DNA of 61,037 nucleotides from a virus (Duplodnaviria; Caudoviricetes): IMG/VR virus record IMGVR_UViG_3300020156_000441, positions 1 to 61,037 of that record; one strand, 5' to 3'. Shown piece by piece: positions 17,691 to 25,722 of this stretch (position 1 is its first letter; each line of letters starts with the position of its first letter). The notes under the pieces were generated by a model. It saw only the letters and a program-made list of their open reading frames with translations, ran no database searches and was not told where the DNA came from. The position numbers and the translations under genes were made by a program.

Positions 17691-18316
17691 CCCAAGCCGC
17701 CGCTGTCGCAGCGGTCTTGCCGCCGTCCACGGACCTCGTGGCCCGGTTTCTCGACGCCTGCATCCTGCGCGAACCGGGCGCGTACGTCGGAGTGGCCCGC
17801 CTGCACGACGTGTTCGTTGTGTGGTGCGAGCGGCACGCTGCTGCCCCTATCGGTCCGTTCGCCTTCGCCGCCGCTCTCGCCCGCCTTCGGTACGACGTGT
17901 CGCTGCGGCACGGCGTGGTGAAGGTGGTTGAGGGTGTGGCCGTCAGCTGGGATCCGTTCCCCGCCGGTCCGCGTCATCTGGTGGTGCCGCAGGAGCTGCG
18001 GCCGGAAGACGTGATGATGCTCGGCCGTATCGCCAATGAGCGAGCCGGGCAGATCAGCCGCGAAGGCTACCGGCAGGAACACGATGACCAGCACGACGGC
18101 GGCGCGCTGGCCGGCGCGGCGTCGGCCTACGCGCTCTCGTCGGTGGCACACGGGCTGGGCGGCGTCGCCCGCCGGGCGGTGCTGCTGCTGTCCCGCATCA
18201 TCTGGCCGTGGGGCCGCGAGTGGTGGAAGCCGAAGGACCCGTTGCGGGACATCGAGCGGGCCGGCGCGCTGCTGGTTGCTGACGGCGCCCGCCGGCTGCG
18301 GAACCGGGAGGGCTGA
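17687..18316 (+). CDS. Fusion of a D5-type winged helix and a common phage domain (ER..Q...EG...EHDD...WPW...WWKP)
   Basis: N-terminal RFL...LHDVFVVWC; C-terminal motif common in temperate phages. Confidence 0.65.
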   Translation: MTQAAAVAAVLPPSTDLVARFLDACILREPGAYVGVARLHDVFVVWCERHAAAPIGPFAFAAALARLRYDVSLRHGVVKVVEGVAVSWDPFPAGPRHLVVPQELRPEDVMMLGRIANERAGQISREGYRQEHDDQHDGGALAGAASAYALSSVAHGLGGVARRAVLLLSRIIWPWGREWWKPKDPLRDIERAGALLVADGARRLRNREG

Positions 18317-18319
18317 GCC

Positions 18320-18514
18320 ATGGTGCAGCACTCCCCCAACAGCAATGTACTCGGCCTTCTTGAACGCGTCGGGCTCACCGGGCTGCTGATCCTCGGCAAT
18401 CCCAATGATCTGCGGGCAATCGCCCACGCCTGCGCGAGCGCGCCGGATACGCAGTCCGCCCGGCGCTTGATCGCCGAGCGGCACGGGCGCGCCCTCGACC
18501 TTCTGGCCGGGTGA
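18320..18514 (+). CDS. Hypothetical protein
   Basis: RBS GAGG; fills the operon. Confidence 0.45.
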   Translation: MVQHSPNSNVLGLLERVGLTGLLILGNPNDLRAIAHACASAPDTQSARRLIAERHGRALDLLAG

Positions 18515-18978
18515 GGTGCGGCATGGGCAACCGTTTGACCAAGGGCCTGTCCGTACGCGCGCCGTGGTGGTGGTTCATCCTGCACGGCGGCAAGGACGTG
18601 GAGAACCGCACGCGGCCCACCAGCTTCCGCGGCACCGTCTGCCTGCACGCCTCCGCGTGGTGGCGCACCTGGGAGGCGCTGGAAACCATGCACGACTTCG
18701 GCAAGCTGGCGGAGCGTGCCGGCGCGCCGATGGTGACGATGCCGGTGGTCCGCCCCTACGGCGGCTGCATCGTCGGCACCGTCGATATCATCGACTGCGT
18801 GTCGGAGAGCGCCAGCCCGTGGTTCTTCGGGCCGTACGGGTACGTGCTCTCCAACCCGGTGTCCTTCGCCGAACCGATTCCCTGCAAGGGCATGCTCGGC
18901 TTCTTCACCGTGCCGCCCGACGTACAGGTTCGCGCCGCCGGGGCTGAAATCGGCATGGCCCCGGAGGTGCGGTCATGA
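18511..18978 (+). CDS. ASCH domain protein
   Basis: LSVRAPW...GKDVENR....FRG...LHAS and G.IVGTV.IIDC. Confidence 0.85.
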   Translation: MRCGMGNRLTKGLSVRAPWWWFILHGGKDVENRTRPTSFRGTVCLHASAWWRTWEALETMHDFGKLAERAGAPMVTMPVVRPYGGCIVGTVDIIDCVSESASPWFFGPYGYVLSNPVSFAEPIPCKGMLGFFTVPPDVQVRAAGAEIGMAPEVRS

Positions 18979-20693
18979 CCGAAGAAATCCCCGGCCCCGA
19001 GCTGAAGGAGGCTGCGCTCACCTACGCCAAGGGCGGGTGGTACGTCTTCCCCTGCGCGGCGCGGGGGAAGATGCCGTACCGCAAGGACGGCTTCTTTGAG
19101 CACGGCTGCAAGGACGCGTCCAAGTCGCCGTGGTCGGTGAAGGCGTTCTGGGGCGAGTGGCCGCAGGCCAACATCGGCTTGGCCTGCGGCGAAGAGACGG
19201 GCGTGTGGGTGGTCGATGCCGACGTGAAGGCGCCGACCGACGATCAGCCGGGCTACGACGGCTTCGATACCATGCGCCAGCTGCAGGAACTGTTCGGCGA
19301 GGCGTTGCCGCCGACGCTGGGGCAAAAGACGCCGAGCGGCGGCTATCACTGGCTGTTCCGCTGGCCGGGGAAGAAGGTGCCGAACTCGGCCAAGAAGCGG
19401 CTCGGCCCCGGCCTCGACGTGCGCGGCGACGGTGGGTACATCCTCGTCGCCCCCAGCGTCCACCCGAACGGCGGGCGGTACGCCTGGGACGGTGACCCGG
19501 CGTCCACCCCCATCGCCCGCGCGCCTGAATGGCTGTTGCGGCTGCTGTTCGTCGAGCCCTCGGACCAAGAGGGGCTCGACTGGCTGCAACACGCGGTCGA
19601 GGGCAAGGAGCTTCCCGACTGGCTGGCGAAGCGCATCGGCATCGCCCTGCCGAAGGCGGCCGGCAAGCGTGCCGCCGCGCCGAAGGTCGAGCGGGTGTCG
19701 CCCTACGTTCGGAAAGCGCTGGAAGACGAATGCCTCAAGGTGCGGGCCGCACCGCCTGGCTGTCGGAATCAGACGCTGAACGAGGCGGCGTTTTCCATGG
19801 GCCGCTTTGTCGGGGCGGGGGCGCTGGAACGCGCCGTCGCCGAACTGCACCTGCGCGCGGCCATGCTGTCGTGGGACGGGGTGGAACCGGCCAAGCGGGC
19901 GCGGGACGAGAAGACGCTGCAAAGCGCCCTGGACTCCGGGGCGTTGCAGCCGCGCGAGGTGCCGGAGCAGCAGGAACGCCGCTCCCTGGCCCGGCCGCGC
20001 ACCATCCGGCCGGGCGGCCCGCCCCCGGCGCGCGTGGACCTGTCGGCGCTGATCGGGCAGGCGCGGGCCATCTGGCAGCCCCGGCATCCGCTGGACGGCA
20101 CGCCGGCTGCGGCCTACCTGACGGCGCAGGGCATCGCCCCGGCGCAGAGTGGGCCATGGCTGGGCTTTGTGCCGGCGCTCGACCGCCTTTGGTCGGTGGA
20201 TGGGGATGAGCCGGTGTGCGTCGGGACCGCCCCGGCCCTGATTGCCGGTCTGGCCCGCTGGCCGGACCGCAGCGACCGGCCGGAGGTGGTTGCGGTCCTG
20301 GCCTACTGGCTGCGCGAAGATGGCGCGTTGCAGCTCTTCCGCGACCCGGCGACCGGACGGGAGTTGCCGGGGCGGGCGCTGATCGGCGCGTGGCACGGCG
20401 CGGCGGTGCGCCTGGGGCGCGGCGCGCCCGGTGCCTCCACCATGTTGGTCGCCACCGGCCTCGTCGAGGGGCTGCGCGCGCGCCTCGCCACGCCCGAGCT
20501 GCCCGTGTGGGTAGCCGGCACCATTGCCGCCATGGAACGCCTGTCGCTGCCGGAAGCCATCCGGGAAGTGATCCTGCTGGGAGCGGGGCGGGCCGATCCG
20601 GCGGCCATCGCCCGCATCGGCGCGGCGCTGGGGCACGGGCGCGGACGCATCGTCAAGCGCGTCATCCGCGCCAGGGACAAGGCGGTGGCGTGA
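18975..20693 (+). CDS. Bifunctional primase/polymerase (Prim-Pol) with a C-terminal degenerate Toprim-like region
   Basis: ANIGLACG, VVDAD, TPSGGYH and LDVRGDGGYILVAPS; RNQTLN helical domain; C-terminal ARAIW...AAAYL...GAAVRL...TGLVEG. Confidence 0.8.
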   Translation: MTEEIPGPELKEAALTYAKGGWYVFPCAARGKMPYRKDGFFEHGCKDASKSPWSVKAFWGEWPQANIGLACGEETGVWVVDADVKAPTDDQPGYDGFDTMRQLQELFGEALPPTLGQKTPSGGYHWLFRWPGKKVPNSAKKRLGPGLDVRGDGGYILVAPSVHPNGGRYAWDGDPASTPIARAPEWLLRLLFVEPSDQEGLDWLQHAVEGKELPDWLAKRIGIALPKAAGKRAAAPKVERVSPYVRKALEDECLKVRAAPPGCRNQTLNEAAFSMGRFVGAGALERAVAELHLRAAMLSWDGVEPAKRARDEKTLQSALDSGALQPREVPEQQERRSLARPRTIRPGGPPPARVDLSALIGQARAIWQPRHPLDGTPAAAYLTAQGIAPAQSGPWLGFVPALDRLWSVDGDEPVCVGTAPALIAGLARWPDRSDRPEVVAVLAYWLREDGALQLFRDPATGRELPGRALIGAWHGAAVRLGRGAPGASTMLVATGLVEGLRARLATPELPVWVAGTIAAMERLSLPEAIREVILLGAGRADPAAIARIGAALGHGRGRIVKRVIRARDKAVA

Positions 20694-20959
20694 TGGATGA
20701 TCTCGACGCCCGATACCTCGCCTATCGCTTCATGATCACGACCGACCGCCGGGCCGGCGAGGTGTTCGACCTCTGCCGCCGCGTGCTCGGCTTCCGCGGG
20801 CGCTCGCGCCACCGGGTGGTGTGGTCGGACGCCATCGACTTGCTGACGGTGCTCATCATGGACAACGCGCTTTTCGCCGCCGGCATCTGGCGGAGGGTGG
20901 CTGCCGCTGAGCGCCGGGCCGGAACTTCGGTCTCGGTCGAACGGAGGGCGGTGGCGTGA
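20693..20959 (+). CDS. Hypothetical phage protein
   Basis: Translationally coupled on both sides (TGATG and GTGA). Confidence 0.55.
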   Translation: MDDLDARYLAYRFMITTDRRAGEVFDLCRRVLGFRGRSRHRVVWSDAIDLLTVLIMDNALFAAGIWRRVAAAERRAGTSVSVERRAVA

Positions 20960-21648
20960 CGGCGCCTGATCTGCTCTCCCTCCCCGCACCCCACCCGCAC
21001 GATGGAATGCCCGCCGCAAAGGGCGCGGGTTCCTTGCCTGTCGCCACGAACGCGCTGTCCCGCCACCGGTCCGGCGACTACGCCCACGATCCACACGACT
21101 GGTACGTCGAAGAGGCGTGGTGCACCGAAGGGCTTGCCGATGCCGTGCCCTTCGTCGGCACGGTGCTGGACCCGGCGTGCGGCTCCGGCCGCATAGTCGA
21201 AGTGTTCCGCCGCCGCGGCTTCGACGCCGTGGGTTCGGATTTGGTGGACCGGGGCTATCCGCACTGCACGCCGCGCGTCGACTTCACCTTACCCGGTTCC
21301 TGGCCGCCGGGCTCGTTCGACAACGTGGTGTGCAACCCGCCCTACTACTCGGGCAAGGGTTCCGTCGTCTTCCTCGAACACGGGCTTGTGGTGGCGCGCC
21401 GCCGCGTCGCCGTGCTGGTGCCGCTGCCCTTCCTGGCCGGCCAGCGCCGGCATGCGCTGTTCACCTCCTTGCCGGTCAGTCACGTGCTGGTGCTTTCACG
21501 CCGGCCGTCCATGCCCCCCGGCGTGCTGCTGGGGCAGGTGGAGCAGAAGGGCGGCAAGGAAGACTACTGCTGGATCGTCTGCACCCATGGCCATGCGGGG
21601 CCGCCCTCGCTCGGCTGGCTGCTGCCAGGGCGCGAGGTTCGGCCATGA
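20956..21648 (+). CDS. Orphan DNA amino-methyltransferase
   Basis: SAM-binding motif VLDPACGSG and catalytic NPPY. Confidence 0.85.
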   Translation: MTAPDLLSLPAPHPHDGMPAAKGAGSLPVATNALSRHRSGDYAHDPHDWYVEEAWCTEGLADAVPFVGTVLDPACGSGRIVEVFRRRGFDAVGSDLVDRGYPHCTPRVDFTLPGSWPPGSFDNVVCNPPYYSGKGSVVFLEHGLVVARRRVAVLVPLPFLAGQRRHALFTSLPVSHVLVLSRRPSMPPGVLLGQVEQKGGKEDYCWIVCTHGHAGPPSLGWLLPGREVRP

Positions 21649-21884
21649 CCGAATGCGGCCAGCCTGACCCGCACAGCGAGACCTCGGGAGCATCAGGGCC
21701 TTGACCGTCCCAGACGAGAGCAGGGGCGCGAAGCGTCGCCGTCGCGGCGCCTCGATCCTCCCCGCACCCCTCCCTTTCATGATGGCCCTTCGGGCAACCG
21801 GCCGGTGGCCGCACTGGCGGGGCGGCGGCGGGGTGGAGAGGTGCGGCAGGGCGGGCGCGTGGGCGCGTTGCGTCCTGCGGACCG

Positions 21885-21909
21885 CCTGCACAAAGCGACT
21901 AGTCGCTCT
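21885..21909. promoter_or_regulatory. Palindrome AGCGACTAGTCGCT, copy 2
   Basis: Lies just upstream of the helicase ATG; matches 13442-13464. Confidence 0.5.
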
Positions 21910-21932
21910 TCGCGACGCCGTGGGGGTGAGCC

Positions 21933-23609
21933 ATGCCCGATGATCGCCTGCCGCCGGATGGCTTCGACCTCGACGCGTTGCGCGACGGCATCCACAACGC
22001 CGAGCCGCTGGCCCCGGCCGGCGGTGGTCCGCTGCGGCCACCGGAGCCGGGCGAGGGGGAGCCGCCCAACGAAAAGTGGCTGGCGAAGCTGGAACGCAAC
22101 GACACCGGCAACGCGGCGCGGCTGGTGGCCCGGTACGGGACCGATCTCGTGCACGTGGACGGGGTGGGCTGGCATTGCTGGGCCGAGACCGAACAGAGCG
22201 GCGGGCGCTTCGCGTTCGAGCTGGGCGCGACCGAAGCGGTGCGCCGGGCGCAGTGGACGCAGGCGGCCATGTACAACGAGGTCAAGGTGCTGCGGGACGA
22301 GGGGCCGCCGCCGCCGTCGCCCGAGGAAGAGAACGAGCAGATCGACGAAGTGAAGGCCATGCTGCGCAAGGAGCGGCTGAAGGCGTGGACGCAGTCCATC
22401 GACGCCGCCCAGCGGCACGCCCTGCAATCGGGCAACGCCGGCAGGATCAACGCCATGCTCGAAATGGCGATCCCCGACCTTGCCAGACCCATGCGGGCGA
22501 TGGACGCCAACCCGTGGCTGGTCACGGTCGAGAACGGCACCTTGGAGCTGATGCCGCCGGAGCCCACGTCCGATCAGGTGCAGGACGGCTGTTCCGATCC
22601 ACCGCCCTGGAAGCCGGTCAAGCGGGCGTCGCGGCGCGGCGACCTGATCACCCGCATGATGGGGGCCGCCTACCGCCCGGACGCCGCGTGCCCGAAGTTC
22701 GAGGCGTTCCTCAAGCGCATCCTGCCCAGCGAGGCGGTCAGGCGATACCTTCAGCGCCTGTTCGGCTACAAGCTGACGGGCCTGTCGGACGAGCACGTGT
22801 TCGTGATCTTCTGGGGCACCGGGCGCAACGGCAAGTCCACGCTCGTGGATATCCTGCGTCGGGTGTACGGCGACTATGCCGCGACGGTGCAGGTCAACCT
22901 GTTCCTCGACGATGGCCGGGTGAAGGCGGACGGGCCGCGCCCGTCGCTGGCGAAGCTGCCGGGCGTGCGCGTCGTCTTCATGTCGGAGCCGAAGAAGGGC
23001 GCGCGCCTGGACGAGAGCCTCGTCAAGGAGACGACGGGCGGCGAACCCCTGGAAACCCGCAAACTTCAGCGCGACCCGTTCGAGTTCCGGCCGCAGTTCA
23101 TCCCGGTCATGTCCACCAACTTCAAGCCCCAGATCCTGGGCCTCGATCCCGGCATCTGGGGGCGGCTCAATCTGGTGCCCTTCACCGAGTTCATTCCCCC
23201 GGAAGAGCGGGACAAGCGCCTCGCGGAGAAGTTGTGGCGGGACGAGCGTGACGGGATCCTGGGGTGGTTGCTCGACGGGTTGGCGGCATACCACGAGGAA
23301 GGGTTGAACCCGCCGGCCGAGATCCTCGCCGCTGTCGAGGAATACCGCGCGGAGAGCGACCCGCTGGGCGATTTCCTCGACATGGAGACGGCGGCCAAGG
23401 CGGGGGCGCGGTGCGCGTCGGCCGACCTGTACAAGCGCTATGAGGACTGGTGCGAGCGGAACGGGCAGGAGCCCATGAAGCAGAACGGTTTCTCGCGCAA
23501 GTTGCGGGAGCGCGGGTTCGTCAGCACCAAGTCCGGCACCATGCATTGGGTCGGGCTGGAACTGCTGCCGAACAACGAGCCGCCGTCCATGGGCGGCGGG
23601 ATGGGCTGA
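21933..23609 (+). CDS. P4-family/D5-type SF3 replicative helicase
   Basis: NDTGNAARL (D5_N), Walker A GTGRNGKST, VKETTGGE and a C-terminal winged helix. Confidence 0.9.
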   Translation: MPDDRLPPDGFDLDALRDGIHNAEPLAPAGGGPLRPPEPGEGEPPNEKWLAKLERNDTGNAARLVARYGTDLVHVDGVGWHCWAETEQSGGRFAFELGATEAVRRAQWTQAAMYNEVKVLRDEGPPPPSPEEENEQIDEVKAMLRKERLKAWTQSIDAAQRHALQSGNAGRINAMLEMAIPDLARPMRAMDANPWLVTVENGTLELMPPEPTSDQVQDGCSDPPPWKPVKRASRRGDLITRMMGAAYRPDAACPKFEAFLKRILPSEAVRRYLQRLFGYKLTGLSDEHVFVIFWGTGRNGKSTLVDILRRVYGDYAATVQVNLFLDDGRVKADGPRPSLAKLPGVRVVFMSEPKKGARLDESLVKETTGGEPLETRKLQRDPFEFRPQFIPVMSTNFKPQILGLDPGIWGRLNLVPFTEFIPPEERDKRLAEKLWRDERDGILGWLLDGLAAYHEEGLNPPAEILAAVEEYRAESDPLGDFLDMETAAKAGARCASADLYKRYEDWCERNGQEPMKQNGFSRKLRERGFVSTKSGTMHWVGLELLPNNEPPSMGGGMG

Positions 23610-23897
23610 GGGAGCAATCCGGGCCGAGGGAGCAATCTTCGGCAAGGTCTTCTTGGGGCGCGGGGCGCAAGCCATTGATCAATAAGGAGTTTGGAACGAT
23701 GGGAACGATGGGAGCAATTCCGCAGGGTCTTGTGTACGCACGTGCGGGCGCGGGCCTGCGCGCGCGAGCGTGCGTGTGCGGGACATCGCGGAATTGTTCC
23801 CATTGTTCCCAATATTCCCAGAAGTGAATGAAATCAACACGTTACAGGCTGGCCGGTGACGGCCCCTTTGGGAACAATCCGGGTATCAGGGAGCAAT
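23610..23897. repeat. Putative replication origin with about 10 GGGARCRAT-type 9-mers and IHF-like sites
   Basis: Direct copies at 23610, 23628, 23692, 23701, 23710, 23870 and 23889; inverted copies at 23793, 23802 and 23811; AATCAACACGTTA at 23832-23844. Confidence 0.7.
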
Positions 23898-23905
23898 GGT
23901 CAGCG

Positions 23906-24568
23906 ATGACGAGCGACAGCGTGACGGATCGGGAGAAGGGCGAGGGGGCGGCGGTGACCGCGCAGGTGTGGGACGCGGTGCTCGGCGTCGCGGAGGCCGC
24001 ATGCGGACGCAAGCAGGGACGGGAGGCCGTGGCCGGGCTGGCGCGCAAGCTCTCGGAGGTGCCGGGCTGTGATGAGCTGGCCATGCGGTTGGCCGCCCTG
24101 GCGAAGCCGGGCACGCAGGTGCTGGCGGATCTTCGGGGTTGGGTGGGCACCATGTGGCGGGCAGGGAAGCTAACAGAGGCGGAGCACCGCGCGGCGCTGG
24201 AAATCGGGCGCGGTGTCGAGTTGGCGGCCGGGGCCGCGTCGGACGGGCTGCGCGCGGTGAACCCGGCGCGGCTGGTGGTGGACGGCGGACCGTTGCCGCA
24301 GCCGCGCCTTGGTGGGGTGGGGCGCAGCAGCCCCGAGTTGGCGCGGGTGGCCGCGTGGCGGGCGGACATTGCCGCTCGGCCCGCCCTGCGTCGGGTGGTC
24401 AAGGGCAGCAAGGGGAGCATGGCCGTGGACGAGCTGGTGTTGAAGGTGCTCGTCGAGGGTGTGGCGCCCTTCAAGTTGGCTTCTCAGCTTGGTCTGAGGT
24501 CGGAACGCCCGCAACAGGTGGTGCTCAGCGAGTTGAGGGCGTACGCACGAATGCACTTTTCCGCTTGA
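23906..24568 (+). CDS. Putative late-gene regulator (Q-position antiterminator/activator)
   Basis: Last gene before the late promoter and terminator; MWRAGKLTEAEHRAA motif and a C-terminal HTH-like segment. Confidence 0.5.
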   Translation: MTSDSVTDREKGEGAAVTAQVWDAVLGVAEAACGRKQGREAVAGLARKLSEVPGCDELAMRLAALAKPGTQVLADLRGWVGTMWRAGKLTEAEHRAALEIGRGVELAAGAASDGLRAVNPARLVVDGGPLPQPRLGGVGRSSPELARVAAWRADIAARPALRRVVKGSKGSMAVDELVLKVLVEGVAPFKLASQLGLRSERPQQVVLSELRAYARMHFSA

Positions 24569-24599
24569 CAAGCGCGGGAATGGATCGCAACCATTCCCG
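24565..24599 (+). promoter_or_regulatory. Putative late promoter with an inverted repeat
   Basis: TTGACA at 24565-24570, then CGGGAATGG-N7-CCATTCCCG. Confidence 0.5.
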
Positions 24600-24614
24600 T
24601 CATTCTGAGGAAGT

Positions 24615-24648
24615 ACGCCCGGCGGGTTAGCCCGACCGGGCGTTTTTC
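24615..24648 (+). terminator. Intrinsic terminator (tR'-like)
   Basis: ACGCCCGGCGGG-TTAG-CCCGACCGGGCGT followed by a T-tract. Confidence 0.7.
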
Positions 24649-24668
24649 GTTTCCGCCTTCCCCCCGAC

Positions 24669-25046
24669 ATGCCCTGGCTTCCCAACAAACCATGCGCTCA
24701 CCCCGGCTGCGGCCGGCTGGTGCCGTCTGGCGACCGGCATTGCGACGAGCACGCCCGGCAGCACCGGCAGCAGTTCGACGCCAAGCGCCGGGCCGAACAG
24801 CCGTGGCGTCGCTGGTACAACACGGCGCGCTGGCGGGCGCTGCGGTCGTGGCGTCTCGCGACGGAGCCGCTGTGCCGCATGTGCCAGGGCTCGGGCTTGG
24901 TCACGGCGGGAACCGTGGTTGACCATGTCGAGCCGCATCGCGGCGACGAGACCATGTTCTTCGATCCCGAGAACACGCAATCCCTCTGCAAGCCCTGCCA
25001 CGACGGGGCCAAGCAGAGCCAGGAGCGGCGCGGCCGGGCCGGCTGA
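24669..25046 (+). CDS. HNH endonuclease (packaging-associated)
   Basis: CAHPGC, PLCRMC, VVDHVEPHRGD and NTQSLCKPCH. Confidence 0.9.
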   Translation: MPWLPNKPCAHPGCGRLVPSGDRHCDEHARQHRQQFDAKRRAEQPWRRWYNTARWRALRSWRLATEPLCRMCQGSGLVTAGTVVDHVEPHRGDETMFFDPENTQSLCKPCHDGAKQSQERRGRAG

Positions 25047-25165
25047 GCCGCGCCCGCGGCCGAGGGGGAGGGGGGTCTAAATCCCTGCAACCCTGCCCGC
25101 CGCGGACCGGCGCCTTCCCCTTACGCACGCGTGCGCGAAACCTGGAAAAAAGTTTTTTCGGCAGA
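25047..25165. other. Putative cos region
   Basis: Lies between HNH and terS; has the GGGGGAGGGGGGTCTAAATCCCTG...GGACCG pattern typical of HK97-like phages. Confidence 0.5.
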
Positions 25166-25167
25166 GA

Positions 25168-25722
25168 TTGATCTTGGCTCGCCCGACGAAGCCCCAGGCG
25201 CTGAAGGACTTGGCCGGCAATCCTGGCCGTCGCAAGCGGTCTGCCCCATCCCAGGGGAGTGGGGTGCAGGCTGCGGCGGACGCGGTCCATGCTGGCGAGT
25301 TCGCGCCGCCGAAGGATCTGACCGCGGCGGAGCGGAAGGTGTGGCTTGATGAGCTGCACCGCTGGCAGGCGGCCGGGCTGGCGAAGCCGTCCGACCTGAC
25401 CGCGTTCCGTTCCTGGGTTGAGGCCCGCGCGTTGTTCCTGCGCTGCAAGCGTGTGGTGGACAAGGACGGCCCCACCTACATCACGGAATCGAAGCACGGC
25501 TCGATGATCCGCGAGCGGCCGGAAGTGAAGATCATGAACGGGCTGGCCCGCCTCATGACCAAGCTGTCCGATCAGCTCGCCTCGAACACCAAACAGCGCA
25601 TCGCCACCACGTCGCAGCTCGCGACGGCGAAGCAATACGACCTCTTCCCGTCCGCCGCTCCGGACGGCGCGCAGCAGGACCAGAAGAAGAACTCCGATGA
25701 CCCGGTTGGCTGGCTCCAGTAA
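25168..25722 (+). CDS. terS: Terminase small subunit (P27 family)
   Basis: RPTKPQALKDLAGNPGRR and PPKDL...KVW; position before terL. Confidence 0.85.
   Translation: MILARPTKPQALKDLAGNPGRRKRSAPSQGSGVQAAADAVHAGEFAPPKDLTAAERKVWLDELHRWQAAGLAKPSDLTAFRSWVEARALFLRCKRVVDKDGPTYITESKHGSMIRERPEVKIMNGLARLMTKLSDQLASNTKQRIATTSQLATAKQYDLFPSAAPDGAQQDQKKNSDDPVGWLQ

Noticed and set aside
23610-23897. Repeat cluster as a CRISPR array
   Set aside because: 9-bp units in both orientations with irregular spacing and no cas genes; it fits an origin better.
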